Below are positions 27,753 through 42,200 of a DNA stretch of 64,000 nt, piece by piece. The first letter of the stretch is position 1; every line of letters starts with the position of its first letter. A program made the translations under genes and the position numbers. The stretch lies in NCBI GenBank assembly GCA_030141605.1, contig JAQGDQ010001014.1, positions 6,231-70,230 of the forward strand, in the 5' to 3' direction. Source of the DNA: Tubiluchus corallicola (Eukaryota; Animalia; Priapulida). The notes beneath the pieces are model-generated. The model was not told the DNA's origin, ran no database searches, and saw only the letters and a list, made by a program, of their open reading frames with translations.

Positions 27753-27960
27753 TCTCTCTCCGTCTTTCTCTCTCTCTCTCTTTCTTTCTTCTCTCCGCTC
27801 ATTCTCTTTGTCTCTCTGTCTTTCACTTACCCACTTTCACTCCTTTTTTCATCTCTCTCTCTCTTGCTCTCTCTCTCTCTTTCTCTCTCCTTTTTTCATC
27901 TCTCTCCCTCTTTCTCTCTCTCTCTTTCTCCATCTTTCTCTCTCTCTCCTCTCTCTCTCT
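27508..27960 (+). repeat. (CT)n tract at inner end of left arm; longer (GA)n counterpart 29560..30282
   Basis: Direct reading. The right-hand tract has three copies of gatgaaaaaaggagtgaaagtgggtaagtgaaagacagag, the left only one. Confidence 0.93.
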
Positions 27961-27961
27961 T

Positions 27962-28414
27962 TCTGTGACTTTTCCCCTGTAACTCTTTTATCTGTGACTT
28001 TTCCCCTGTAACTCTTTTATCTGTGATTTTTTCTGTGACTTTTCCCCTGTAACTGTTTTTTTATCTGTGACTTTTCCCCTGTAACTGTTTTATCTGTGAT
28101 TTTTTTCTGTGACTTTTCCCCTGTAACTGTTTTATCTGTGATTTTTTTCTGTGACTTTTCCCCTGTAACTGTTTTATCTGTGACCTTTCCCCTGTAACTG
28201 TTTTATCTGTGACCTTTCCCCTGTAACTGTTTTATCTGTGACCTTTCCCCTGTAACTGTTTTATCTATGATTTTTTCCTGTGACCTTTTTTCCCTGCAAC
28301 TTTTTCCTTGTGACTTGTTTTTCCTGCGTCTTTTTCCTTGACACTTTTTTCTGTGCCGTTTGTCCTGTGACTTTTTTCATGCCGTTTTTCCCTGTGACGT
28401 TTTTACCTGGATTC
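27962..28414 (-). mobile_element. Truncated DNA-transposon-like terminus with ~28-bp subterminal tandem repeats
   Basis: The minus strand starts GAATCCAGGTAAAAACGTCACAGG. Degenerate GGAAAAA-GTCACA modules grade into homogeneous cagttacaggggaaaagtcacagataaaa units. Superfamily (Mutator/foldback-like) is only a guess. Confidence 0.5.
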
Positions 28415-28614
28415 TTAGTGTCTGTCTGGATGGTTTTCATTGTGGAAATGTAACCATAGTGTGAGTAGGTAGGCTCATTGCTTTGATCGTCTAACAACCC
28501 AGAAACATTGTGGAGATGTTTAGTGGATTGTTCAGTATACAGTTTAATGCGTTTAAACGACAAAGCCTGATTTCCTTGACAGTGGCGCAGGATCGGAATC
28601 TAGCTAGTTGTTAA

Positions 28615-29137
28615 AGGAAAACCTGACGATTGTTTAGACACAATCTCTTTTTGATTTACTGTCCAAAAATGTATTTTCTTGCCCATAAAAGTTAACAGTT
28701 GTTTCTTATATTTGAATAATTAGCTTAGAAAGTTAATTAACGGCAATTGAGCACAGCTATTGCTTACGTCACAAACTAACCACAGTTTGTGCAATGGCAG
28801 GTATCTTCCCTTGCACGTCAAGAACGTTTGTGTAAGTGTTACTGCTTAAAAGCGTGATGTAACGAAATGCTCTATGACAAATGACGTCTGAAACTAACAC
28901 TGCAGTTCATGATCATGGTTATCACGGTACCACCTTCTACTTGTTGGTCATGCGCCGGTGACAAAAAGGCCAATCTTCACTGAGCCGCGCGTAACTTTGA
29001 AAGCTTAACTTAATTTGAGTACCCGATTTTATTATTATTTAATCAAAGCTTTGATTTAAAAAAAGCCATTGTAGTTTTCAATATTTTAGAGCATTCTTTA
29101 TTCTGAATTAATGTTTACACAATCATCCGGTTTTCCT
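28615..29137. mobile_element. Complete Kolobok-like MITE family A copy in the palindrome spacer
   Basis: TTAA|AGGAAAACCTGACGATTGTTTAGACA ... TGTTTACACAATCATCCGGTTTTCCT|TTAA, a ~26-bp imperfect TIR with TTAA TSD. Confidence 0.85.
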
Positions 29138-29264
29138 TTAACAACGATCCATTAAGACGAGATACATGAGATTTTTGAATGGCCGAGTTATGGCAGATGA
29201 AGCCGCCCAGTAGTTTCATCCAATCTTATGCTATGTAAAACCACCCCAAAGTGATTTTATTGTC

Positions 29265-29320
29265 GTGCACCCATTCTTTTACTAACCAGGTCTAGTGCTG
29301 CTTAGCTAACTTTGGTCTCC
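29265..29320 (-). mobile_element. 5S rRNA-like fragment (SINE3-like relic); weaker similar piece at ~12453..12487 (+)
   Basis: Minus strand agctaagcagcactagacctggttagtaaaagaatggg resembles the 5S internal control region AGCTAAGCAGGGTCGGGCCTGGTTAGTACTTGGATGGG. Confidence 0.45.
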
Positions 29321-29708
29321 AAGCTCATGCCATGGCCACTAAAATGATCGTAATGGTATCGAGGTGGAACCCCACCCCCGCTGCAAATGCTTGCGAGTAT
29401 TCGAAAATAGATGTGGCCAAAAGTAACTACCTATTCACATTAAAATAGTGTAATAAATATTCAAAGACAAAAGCAAAATTATACGGTGGAAATGAAGAGA
29501 AATTGAGTGAAAAGAAAGAGAAAAATAAGACAACGAAAGAAGCATAAGAAAACGATAGAAAGAGAGAAAGAAAAAGAGAGAGGTAGATAGAGAGAGAGAG
29601 AGAGAGATGACAAAAAGGAGTGAATGTGGGTAAGTGAAAGACAGAGAGAGTGAGAGGGGAGCTAAGAAAGAAAGAGAAAGTGAAAGAAAAAGACTGAGAG
29701 AGAGAGAG

Positions 29709-29754
<46 letters not shown>

Positions 29755-30051
29755 AAAAAGGAGTGAAAGTGGGTAAGTGAAAGACAGAGAGAGACTAAGA
29801 AAGAAAGAGAATGAGCAGAGAGAAGAAAGGAGAGAGAAACAGAGAGAGAGAGAGCGAGAGAGAGAGAGAAAGATGGAGAAAGAGAGAGAAAGAGGGAGAG
29901 AGATGAAAAAAGGAGAGAGAAAGAGAGAGAGAGAGCGCGAGAGAGAGAGAGATGAAAAAAGGAGTGAAAGTGGGTAAGTGAAAGACAGAGAGACAAAGAG
30001 AATGAGCGGAGAGAAGAAAGAAAGAGAGAGAGAGAGAAAGACGGAGAGAGA

Positions 30052-30203
<152 letters not shown>

Positions 30204-30206
30204 TGG

Positions 30207-30271
<65 letters not shown>

Positions 30272-32305
30272 AGAAGAGAGAGACTGTAGCGTAATTTCAC
30301 TCCAGTGCACTACCCATTTATTGCCTCGAATTTTTGTTGCATTTATAAGCCAGATTGCACTAAACACATTTGTCTAGGAGCCGCGCATGTTGTACCACGG
30401 AACCAACACTGATTGTCTTTATTTAATGCTTGAATTATTGTGTTCAAAAGTTTCTAAAGGCTAAAAAAGAATTTTACTACTGTTGCTACCAGTACTTGTT
30501 ATTTTAACTCATACGTATAAATTGACACATATGGTTACAATTACTTTTACAAAGAACGATTTAATTGACATCATAATCCTACGTGCTAGAATGAACAATA
30601 ACTGCACGAACGACATCTATGACTAGGCATAAGAAATGAGGTTTATCCATAGATTTAAATTTCGCGCCTGCGCAGAGAGATTTTTCGAGATTCGCGCAAA
30701 GTACGGTGTCAACAACGGGCGTCATTTTCTATCACAAAAACTGCATTCGATGAACGACGGAGTATTTTTCGATATGCAGTTAGCAAATCTCCCTGCGCAT
30801 GCGCGGCATTTATCAAACTATCAACGCCTAACAAATAAAGTTAATAGACAAACTCAACGTGGTTTTTAAGCATAATATTGGCAACAATAACCGCGTCGTT
30901 GTTTTACCTATAAGAACAACTGGCCGTTTTAATAACACGATCATGAAGTACGCTCTTGTGACGTAATTGGCACGTTTCATATGCACTTAAGTAACGTAAC
31001 TTGTAATTATGTGCCTCGACGACTCATTAAAAATTTATAATAATATTATCACGTTCTCTATTATAAAGCAGAAGGGTTACACAAGAAAACCTGTTGAAGC
31101 CAAGTGAGAGTTCATAAGTTTACGCTTTATCCATTGTAAATGTATTATCTTCTAAACTACAACATTTTTTTTATTTTACTAAATTTTAAAAATGTCTGAA
31201 TGTTTCTGTCTACTGTTAAGCTTGCAGTAGATAAACAAATATGTTCTATCTTATCTTAGCTGTTCCTTACCTTATCTTATCGTACTTTATTTTACCTTAC
31301 TTTACCTTCTCTTATCTTATCTTTCCTTTGCTTACTTTACCTTACCTTACCTGGTTTTATCTTATCTTACCTTTACCTTACCATATCTTACCTTACTTTA
31401 CCTTACCTTGCCTTGCCTTGTCTTGTCTTGTCTTGTCTTGTCTTGTCTTGTCTTGTCTTGTCTTACCTTACCTTACCTTACCTTTCCTTTCCTTTTCTTA
31501 TCTTATCTTACCTTACCTCTCTCACCTCACCTCACCTCACCTCATCTGATCTTGCCTTGCCTTACCTTACCTTACCTTACCTTAGCTTACCTTATCTTAC
31601 CTTCTTATCTTATCTTATCTTATCTTATCTTATCTTATCTTATCTTATCTTATCTTATCTTATCTTATCTTATCTTATCTTATCTTATCTTATCTTATCT
31701 TATCTTATCTTATCTTATCTTTTCTTATCTTATCTTATCTTATCTTATCTTATCTTATCTTATCTTATCTTATCTTATCTTATCTTATCTTATCTTATCT
31801 TATCTTATCTTATCTTATCTTATCTTATCTTACCTTACGTTACCTTATCTTATCTTATCTTATCTTACCTTATCTTATCTTATCATATCTCGTCTTATCT
31901 TATCTCGAACAAGTTAACTATGTGACTTGGGTGACTTATTAATCCTAACAAATGGCTCGGATCACATAATTGTTTTGCTATTGCGAGCCACTTGTTTTCC
32001 CGTTTGAATCACGTATTCGAGCCAATTACTTTTAAAAAATGAATTCTTTAATACAGTCGAACCTTGTTATAACACCCTCCCCCCCTTTAAAATGTCAACC
32101 TCGCTTAACCCACAAAATTTTGACAAACGAAAATGTCTATGTTTTTCATAGACATGTATATATTAATGCACTATGCTGAATACCAGCTCTTTCTGGAGTC
32201 CCAAAGCGGGTGGTACAAAGAGATTTGACTTTACAGCACCCCAAAGGGCCTTCGAGAATGTAAATGAATTGTAGCTAAAATTAATATCTACACCTAGATT
32301 TGTTG

Positions 32306-33253
32306 CTATACAAACGAGGCGTGTTTGTCCTTCTGCCCCACTATCCACTGTCCAGGAGGTTTTTTATCACATTTATTGCTACTAAGCACTGAAAGTTCTG
32401 TGCCGTCATTCACTATTCGTTTGCTACTGCAGTTCTGTATACTGTGCAAAGACGAGGTGGGCTTTTGGTTTCGATCACGTGACGAAATTGCGTCATCCAT
32501 CTGCATATCACGTGACGAATTTGCGTCATCCGTCTGCTTATCACGTGACGAAATTGCGTCATCCATCTGTTTATACACGGACTGACAAGCAGCCACTGCA
32601 TCGTCCATTTCCTGGATGTCGTCAACCTCGACGCGGGCTTCGCTCCCGTCGCCATTGCCGACGTCAACGCGTGTGTCGCGGTTGTCGTCATTGTCGTCTT
32701 CGTCCTCGTCGTCGTCGGGTTGTGGAATGCGTAATTTTGGTTTACCGGTTGCCAAATCACTAGGTGCTATTGTTACTTTTATGGTACCAGCCGGTATGTT
32801 TGTGCTGTTTTCGTTGGGCGACCAAGCACTGTTTTCATCGTTTTCGGAACTCGGCGTCAGATCTTCCTCAATGTTGAGTCGAAATCTCTCCTTCAGTCTC
32901 TCGGTGGCTTCTGCGAATTTATTGCTGAAGAACTCCATCACCACATTGATGACCATTGAGGTCAGTGCAAGACCAAAAAATATGTAAGCAATGGCCATCA
33001 TCATGAAGGCCTCGTTGCGCGGAACGATGTCGCCAAAACCGACCGTGCTCAGGGAAATGAAGCAGAAGTAAAACGCGTCCAAATATGTCCACTTTTCGGC
33101 AATGGCAAAAATGACGCCGCCGACAAACGTGTAGCCGCAGAGTAGCAGCAGTGCCATCGAGACCGGAAGATTGAATTCCTCGTCTACGACGAATTCTGGC
33201 ATAACTTCTGGTTCCTCGAGATCGTAGGTGTCTTCCAGTTTGGCCAAAGCTGC
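32306..33253 (-). CDS. K2P potassium channel, terminal exon (copy 2, mirrored)
   Basis: The 313-aa ORF translation is identical to copy 1, with the same splice acceptor. Confidence 0.93.
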   Translation of the reverse strand, partial: AALAKLEDTYDLEEPEVMPEFVVDEEFNLPVSMALLLLCGYTFVGGVIFAIAEKWTYLDAFYFCFISLSTVGFGDIVPRNEAFMMMAIAYIFFGLALTSMVINVVMEFFSNKFAEATERLKERFRLNIEEDLTPSSENDENSAWSPNENSTNIPAGTIKVTIAPSDLATGKPKLRIPQPDDDEDEDDNDDNRDTRVDVGNGDGSEARVEVDDIQEMDDAVAACQSVYKQMDDAISSRDKQTDDANSSRDMQMDDAISSRDRNQKPTSSLHSIQNCSSKRIVNDGTELSVLSSNKCDKKPPGQWIVGQKDKHASFV

Positions 33254-33945
33254 CTGAAAAAAGAATTAATGGCTGTAGAATCGGCAAAAAAATGTTAATG
33301 GACTTAAAACCTTTGAAGTCATTGAAAGTCGTTGCAAGACTAAAGTCAAACCACTGGTGACATACCGTGGCGTGGAAAACATTTTAAAAACACTACGGTC
33401 AATAGTCTCTGAAATGGATTTCTAACTTTCTGGCTTGCCTAAAACGATACGGAAAGTGTGAAACCGTAAAATGCCAACCTCAAAGATGCTTTTGTGGTGC
33501 TCAAATTAAGTACACGTGTTTCCTTGCATATGCAATTGTGCATTGTCATTTGAATGGCATACTAACACTGCTAAGACATAACGTATCTTCTGAACAACAT
33601 ATTACTGTTCCTTCCACCTTCTGTGTCATCTGGATGACATACTGTGTCGTGCGTCTGTTGTTAGAAGAACGACACGTCTGTCATTGGCATGGCAGTTTGA
33701 AGTTGCATCAACAATAGCAATGGCAATGACAATAGCAGCAGCTGCAGCAGGATTAACAACAACAGCAGCAGCATCAGCAGCAACAACAACGACAATGACA
33801 GTGACGACAACGACAACAACAACAAGAAGAAGAAGAAGAACAACAACAACGACAATGACAGTGACGACAACGACAACAACAACAAGAAGAAGAAGAACAA
33901 CAACAACAACAGCAGCAGCAGCAACAACAAGCAATCAGTACTCAC

Positions 33946-34415
33946 CCGTTTTTCTATTTTCCAGTCAAATTTAAGGTTTTGTCCTCCAGCCATTCGCTTC
34001 GGGTTCTTTGGACTGGGCTCGATTTCCTCTTTTACAATTTCTCCTTCGAGCTTACCTCGCACCTTTTTCACTTTGTCCACGTAATCACGCGTCGCAATTA
34101 CACCCTTCTCCATGGCAGTGGAAGAAAATTCTTTGGCAAAGTCAGCACCTTTTTTGGCATAGTCGCGAGCATAACCCGCTCCGAGTTTCGCCTTGTCTTT
34201 CATAATGTCCGCCTGTTCGTGGAAGTGTCGTCGAGCCTTGCGACACGTCCCGGTGTAGTAGAACTGGCGAAAGTACGACCAGACGAACTTGATGGCCCGC
34301 GTGAAGAGCTTGCCAATGTCGACCAGCACAACGAGGAACATGGGAATGCCAACCAAGGCATAGATGATGCAGGCGAGGCGACCCCAGTTGGTGCTTGGTG
34401 CAATGTGACCATAAC
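33946..34415 (-). CDS. K2P potassium channel, internal exon (copy 2, mirrored)
   Basis: Same translation and splice sites as 23329..23798. Confidence 0.92.
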
Positions 34416-34726
34416 CTGCAAAAATAAATAGACCAAATTCTCGTCAATAGATGTCGCTAGTATGCACGAACACTTCTTTTTGTTAAACAAGTAAACCAAA
34501 GCGCCTACTCAGAAAAAAAGTAAAATGGCCATAAAATGATATCATTTCACATAAGCAGCTGTATAACAGTACCAAAGAAGAATGTTGGAGCACTAAGATC
34601 AAAATCAGAAGACTGAGGTTGGTAGGACATTTAACGAGATTGCCAAAAACAGGATCAGTAAGATTAGCATTATCACCATTAGCATCAATTCATTATCATT
34701 GTCATCAGCATTATATATCAGCATCG

Positions 34727-34757
<31 letters not shown>

Positions 34758-37700
34758 ACATCGTCATAATCGTTTTCTCGCATCTGTTTGCTTCGTTAAA
34801 TTTAACGCATTTTGTTGTTGTTGTTGTTGTTGTTTACGTCATTAATTAAGTCTTGTTGTTATTAGTTTAGTTCATGTTGAGCGTAGCTCATAGTTAAAGT
34901 CTTGCAATGTGTTGTTAATTGGTAATTTTATAACTTTTATTTTTTATTGTGCTAAACAGGTAAATAAATTAACCGAAATCTAAATCAAACAGGGGGCCTT
35001 TACCTCAAATAAGTGGCTTCAACAGGGCCCTTTACGTCAAATAAGTGGCTTCAACAGGGGCCCTTTACGTCAAATAGGTGGCTTCAACAGGGGCCCTTTA
35101 CGTCAAATAAGTGGCTTCAACAGGGGCCCTTTACGTCAAATAAGTGGCTTCAACAGGGGCCCTTTACGTCAAATAAGTGGCTTCAACAGGGCCCTTTCCG
35201 TCAAATAAGTGGCTTCAACAGGGACCCTTTATCTAAAATAAATCTAAATCTAATTAAACGAGGCACTGAAACCTGCTAAATGACCTCCAAGCAAAACCAA
35301 AAACAATTTGGATATTAACAATTAATAAAGATTTACATCAGCTGAACCAAACGTAACAATAGCATCACAGGAACTCAACATTTTAGCTGCATACAGGAAA
35401 CAATGGAGTGCTCTATTAAAGGATAGAGGCTCTATGTCTATAACAGATGTTTAGAGTAGCAGAAGAAAAAGAAAAAAGCCAGTAACACCTAAACTTTAGC
35501 TTTTCAATAATACACGTATAACTGTATTTCAGGAATTCGTTCGTTTGTTTGTCCACAACTTGCGTTAAAAACAAATGGTTCCTGTGGTTGAGAAGACACG
35601 AGATAAAGTTAAGTCAAAGGTCAATGTTTAGTCTGTTTGTATATCCGTTTTTCTCCTGTCCATGACTTACAATTGAGTACATCTGGGATGTGAATGGTTG
35701 TCAAGTCTAAGGATGAAATGCCAAACGCTTGTTTAACGTATAGTTCGTCACACTGCACTCTGGGATTTCAGCTCAAAAGGTGCTTGTGGCAGTATTGTCA
35801 TCCGACACATTCTAGGCTATGATCTGAGATGAGATGCCCAATCGGGTAGAGCTAACTTTGCCACATTCAGATGTGAACATGACCTTTGTTATGGATGGAA
35901 ATGGTATCAGTATCAATATGGCAAATGAAACTGTCCAATGTGAGTACTGAACTCGGCGAGGGCACCTAACCATTCACTGATCAGCCTTAATGTTGCTGCT
36001 CTTCATAGCCTCGCCCCATTAGTTCTTAATAACAATTTTTTTCCACCTGAAGTAGTTTTTCACATGAAGTAGGCAACTGGGTATTTTGATACTTAAGCGA
36101 AAACTAGTTCGCTAAAAGGTTTAATTTTTAACTTCTGGCTCATGGAACGTGAAAGATGCTTAAAGGAAAACCAGATGATTGTTTATATTATATATCTCAT
36201 TTTAATTTACTATATTTATATATATATGCATTTTTTGCATATAAAAGTTAGCAATTGTTTCTTATATTTGAATAATTAGCCTAGAAAGTTAATTAACGGC
36301 AACCGAACACAGCTATTGCTTAAGTCACAAACTAACCACAGTTTGTGCAATGACGGGCATCTTCCCTTGCGCGTCAAGCACGTTTGCATAAGTGTTACAG
36401 TACTGCTTAATAAACGCTAGAAACTAACACTACAGTTCACGATCATCGTTATCACGGTACCACCTTCTATTTGTCGGCCACGCGAATGTGACAAAAAGGT
36501 GCCGTTGCCAATCTTAGTAGATTCACTGAACGTGCGGTTGAAAGTCTAACAAAATTTGAGTATCCGAGGTAATTATTATTTAATCTAAGTTTTGATTTAA
36601 AAAAGTTATTGTAGTTTTCACTATTTTAGAGCATTCTTTACTCTGAACTAGTTTTCTTTTAAGTATGTTAACCCCCGGGATGCGCTGCTTTAGATGTCCG
36701 ATTTGCATGCTATTCTCGAGAAAGGAAAAGAGAGATGGTTTGAGGCTGGCATAGATAGGCCTACGTAGACGTAAACTGGTTGGCTAATCGGCTTAGTTTT
36801 TACTTCATGGCTCATGGAACGTGAAAGATATGTTAGCATGTATACCCTGGGATGCGCTGCTTTAACTTGCATGCTATTCTCGCGAAAGGGAGGGACAGAA
36901 TGAGATAGTTTGAAGCTGGTATTTGAAATAAACGGGCGGATTCTCAAAGATATAACATTTAGCCTAACTATAGAATGAATCTTTGTGAACATCTATTGTA
37001 TGTGTTAAAGAAGCAAATATAGAACAGAACAGAGTTCATATTTGTAGAGAAGTAATAATATTGCAATTTCAAACTGAGAAACGGTTAAAAACATACACTC
37101 GTGAAAACGTAAAATTTAAATTCTCAATAAATTTTAAAGAAAAGTAAATCTTAAATTAAGTACTTGAAGTTGAAACGGAATGGCGACGACAGCAGCAGCA
37201 GTGTGAACGACAGCAAGAAAAACACATAAGCTTAACTAGGATTCAGGATAAATGCAGTATAGCCATGCAAGAACCTAACGTCATTAACATGTTAGCATTT
37301 TTGCAAATGAACTATAACCGATGTCCCCAAGCATGATTGTCAGAGATTATCTTATTGACCTAATTGCCGAGTAGAGACATCAGAAGCCAAAGTCATTACT
37401 GGGCATGACATGGCCTATTGGTTTCTGATAGGAACCAGTAGAGGCGCGTCCAGGAAGTCGAGAAAACTCCTGCAGTAACGACACCCTTTCTTGAATTACG
37501 AAACTGTCTAACATGCTGCGGCGTTTGATCCATCACCAAGCATATAAAATTTAAAACAATAAAACGCGCAAACCTTTTCCATTGAAACCTGTTGAAAACT
37601 CGTAAAATGCCGAATGAAGGTGGTATTGGAAATGGAAAGACGTTGTAATGAACCAGTCACTAAAACCTACAGTCAGCCAGCATGAATAGGCGTCGTCTGA

Positions 37701-39163
37701 CAATCAAAACGCAAAACTAATGGAAATTGTCAAAACGTCTGCAAATTCCTGCGTTTTTTGTGAGCAATTTTGCCATTCGCGCGCTTTTTTAACAATTTCA
37801 GCACATTTCTCCGTGCAGCATGGCTTATCGTACTTGGATCCGGGGAAACTGTTCAAAGTTTAATGATAAACTGGCAGCTTGAGATATTGACATATAGACA
37901 TCAGAAAAACGCCTGACAGTACGTACATAGAAAACGTATTACATTACTGTTTCCAGCGGCTCCACCGCTAGCCTTTCTTCTTGGGAAAGCCAAATACTTT
38001 GTAATTGGTAATACTTTTGTACTATTGATTTCTTATGAGATTGGTATAGTTTGAAGACTATGTGGTAAACAACTATGTTATGCGGCTCAGAAGCCTAGAG
38101 GGAAGCCGCGTCCTTGGCGGAGACTGTCAAAGACAAAATTTCGTATTTTGGAAAGAGCATAAAGAACTTAGGGCATCATTATAAACTAAAATCGTTGGCA
38201 GAAATTTAAAAACATGTACAGAAAACGCGATGAAATATATTGGAAATTTAGATAAAAAATTTTAATAGTAAAAGAATTAATCAAAATGAATTTGATAAGT
38301 AATTAAAATTGGTTATTGGTGTCAGACTTAATAAACATATTGACCTGTGTAAATTCCTTGTATAGCTATTGTTAATAACAATAATGATGTAGTTTGGCAA
38401 ACAGTATTGTGGACGAAAAATTAAACTGTGTATATAATGGTAATAATTTGAGCTTATGTCGGTAGATGTAACATGCAAAGCCCTAAACTACGGTGTGAGT
38501 GAATAAATATATTTATCTGTAACAAACTTTTTAAATGTAAGCTAACTCATTCATATTGTAACAACAATATTAAGTGCTAATTGGGTATAATAATCTGTAA
38601 TATTTGCAATACTATGTGACTTTTACCCAGCAAATAGATGACTTGATATGGAATGAATTTCTAAATAAAAGATTTATGATAATAATAATTGGAAAGAAAC
38701 TGTTACTAGAATAGCCAGTAATATAATAAATGTTATGTCATGTTTAAGTGAATTGTCTTAAGTAAATTTTAATTATCATAGTCTTGTAGATAAGCTAGGA
38801 ATTGTAGACGTTTATTTAATTTTTTAGGCATCTCTGTAGCTTTAACCCAGCTGACATTTTAAGGTCACAAATCATACTGCTATGAAGTAGCAATTAATTT
38901 GTTTTTGTCGGTAATTAAGGCAAGTTGAAAATGTACAAACTTCTAAGGAATTATATTCATTTAATATGATTTAGCACATCACATTGGCTTAATCATAAGA
39001 ACAAAGAACAAATGAACAAAGAAAGGAGCAAAAAACGAATGAACGAACAAAAAAAACAACGTAGAAACCACGAAAGCAAGAAATGGAGGGCAAGTAAGTA
39101 ACTAACTATGTAAGTAAGTGAGTGAGTGAGTGAGTGAGCGAGCGAGCGAGCGAGCGAGCAAGC

Positions 39164-39234
<71 letters not shown>

Positions 39235-42200
39235 CAAGTAAGTAAGTAAATAATTAAGTGAGTGAGTGAGTGCGTGAGTGAGTGAGTGAGTGAGTGAGTG
39301 AGTGAGTGAGCGAGCGAGCGAGTGAGTAAGTAAGTATGTATGTATGTAAGTTAGTATAGTAAGCAAGCAAGCAAGCAAGCAAGCAAGTAAACAAAGTAAA
39401 ATGAAGATAATGTTCTCGACTTTAGTTTGAAACAAAAAACATTTAAACAAACGAATAAACAAACGCAAAGGCAAACGAACAAACAAAAACACAAAAATCG
39501 AAAAAGAAAAGACAAGCACGTCATCGCGACAGTATCATGAGAGCCAGCTCATTGCCTTGCGACGTTAAAGAAAGATTAGTCACGTGTTCGAGTCCCAGCT
39601 GGTCACGATTTTATCAAACCTCAAACATTGTGGTTTAAAATTAGCTAAACAGTTTTTATTATAGTCTACATTTACAACTAGTGACAGACACGTTGAAAAC
39701 CAACGTATATTTCATCACAAAAAAGGCATTAAAATGAAAACCGGACCCCTTCTTAAACTACAACTCAAAACAACCTAACCTAACCTATATTGAAAGGGAA
39801 CATACTATTTTTTAAGAAAAGTAGTATGTGAAAGAATTATTACGTGAAAGAATTATTACCGCAAAAATTAATTTTGCGTTCGCGCATCTAGTTCTTCGCT
39901 GATACTACATACATTCGTTATCTAGATGGGCACTAACGTCTACATCGTCATTTGTGATGAAATCGCGTGATGACGCAGTGGCAAGCTTGGAATTTAAGTT
40001 CTTAAAGCACAAGAAAACCCTCCATTTACGTGAAGCTTAAAAAATTCGTCTTGAAATTTTATACCACTTACATACTGCCTTTTTGCATGCAGGCTTGCGT
40101 CGGCCGTAACGCTGTATAAAACGTGTAAATTTAAACTCCCGCGATGACCGTTAGGCGCAGCCATTTTGATAGCAGCTCATTTGAAACAAGTATAGAAAAG
40201 ACTGAGTAAAGTTTGAAAAAATAATCAGAGCATTCGTAGCGCACACGTCACTAAATCAGTGAAATTTTAAATGACTGTATCTTTTCAATAAGATTAAAAA
40301 TACGTTTTTTCGTTAGTAAGTGGTGCACCCTGAAAGTGAGTCAACGACATTTTACCAGTTGGTAAAAACTTTTTAAATAATTAATAATTTTCTTTTCTAG
40401 TTACGTAAGTCTTTCAAGCAAGTAAGCGAAATGGTAAGTAATATAGATTTGCACGGAAACGTTTGGATCATAATTTAGCGTTGCCTTTTGTGCCCCTGAT
40501 TTACGTGACATAGTGACGTCATGTAATGGCGCCGTCGGAACAGTATAGCGGGAGATTTAAAATGGAAACAAACGAAAATTCCTTTCAACGCGAGTACGAT
40601 ATACGCATAAAATTGCTATAAAGCATAATAATTTTTTAATGTGATTTTTCTGAAACCTACTCTTGTCCTTTAAACATAAAATTTGCTGTGTTTTTGCCTA
40701 TCACACTGAATGTTGTTCTGTAGCACTGTACTTCTATTTTGGTTTTCGCAAACACGTGGAACCCGCTCGTCGAATGTCGTCTGTGCTGCTGAAAATTATG
40801 TTCACCACTAGTAATGTTCGATCCCCGTTAATTAAGTTTTTAAATTATTATTTGATTAGGTCTATCACAAATACAAATGGCGCTATTATAGCTGTTAAAA
40901 TGTATACTTTTTACTGCACTTCACAATGGGTAAGATATGAAAAATAATCCTGTTTCCCTTTTTAATATGGTTAGAGATTTATCGCAGATTCATGAACTCA
41001 ACCGGGCCGAATTGAGCAACTCAGCAACGTTTGACGACCCACGACTAATTATCCATCCACTTTTTAAGCCAAGATTCGTATGTGAAATGAAAATAAATTG
41101 TTTGTTATCAAAACAACACAACTTTTACTAAAACTTTAATATACAATTGTTTCAAAAAACATGTCTGCGAACGTTTTGAACTCCAGTCATCATCAATGAC
41201 AGATTTATGAAAACAAACAACCAGATGAACAAGTATTATAAGCAGAGCTACTGTCTAGAAAATTATGCATTGATTATGTATTATCTACAAGGAAGGCAAA
41301 TGTGTAGTGAACAAACAGACCCGTAGAAAAAGAAATTGATACGGTAACAGGTAGCTAAGTGTTTGAAAGTAAAGTTAAAGGAATTAAACTACTTTGCACA
41401 TTAAGAGAAGGCTTGCTAGGGTTCATAGACACACCTTCTTTTATTAATAAGTCCCAGTTACTGTTGGCTTTCGTCACAATGTTAAAATTGTAGCTTGTAG
41501 TTCCAGTTACCTATAGCTTTAGTCACAGCCATAGGCACAACTGTGGCAGGACCGGGGAAACTTTTTTAATTTCTTTCAAGTTTCAGATGTTCACGTGTTC
41601 TTACTTTAACCCTTTAATACCCTTTGTATCCCGTGGGATACGAAAATATTTTGTGCCTTTAAAATTAATAAAATTTTAAAACTGACAGTTATTTGATCTG
41701 TTAATAGTTATTTTGATTTAAGCCAATAACAATTCTCTCTTATTAAAAAAATAATTTGAGACTGAAAGGGTTAAAGTGATTGTACGTTTTGCCATGGCCC
41801 GTTTGTCAAAATAAAGCGTTTTGTAGAAAAAATAGAGCAGACAAGGGAATCCCTTGAATCAGATAATGCCCTGATTACGTTTTGATGTCATTAATCAGCC
41901 TACAGCATTTCATTCCAGACGGACCGTTCAATTCTTAGAACATCTGAGCTGAAATTATCTTGCTTCAAAATGGAATTGAAAACCGTTCTGCCAAAGGGTC
42001 ATTTAACGCTTTCAGAAAATTCATGTATTAATTTCAAAATGTTGCTGTATTACTCTCAATTTCTGGATTAAATTGTTGGATTTCTGTAAATTTGTGTGCA
42101 GATGTCGAGCATTTGAAAAATCAGCCATAGCTGAACTGTGCAACCGATTAGTACAACTTATAAACTCTAACTGGTGGTCAAAAAGAAGTAAGCACTTTAA

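Larger units (their letters stand above)
27951..29854. other. Non-duplicated spacer (loop) of the palindrome, ~1.9 kb
   Basis: Has no mirrored counterpart. Contains a ~28-bp tandem array, a complete MITE, a 5S-like fragment and an extension of the GA tract. Confidence 0.9.

Noticed and set aside
28261-28563. 100-aa ORF in the palindrome spacer
   Set aside because: It has no ATG start or recognisable domain, and its second half is the translation of the subterminal repeats.
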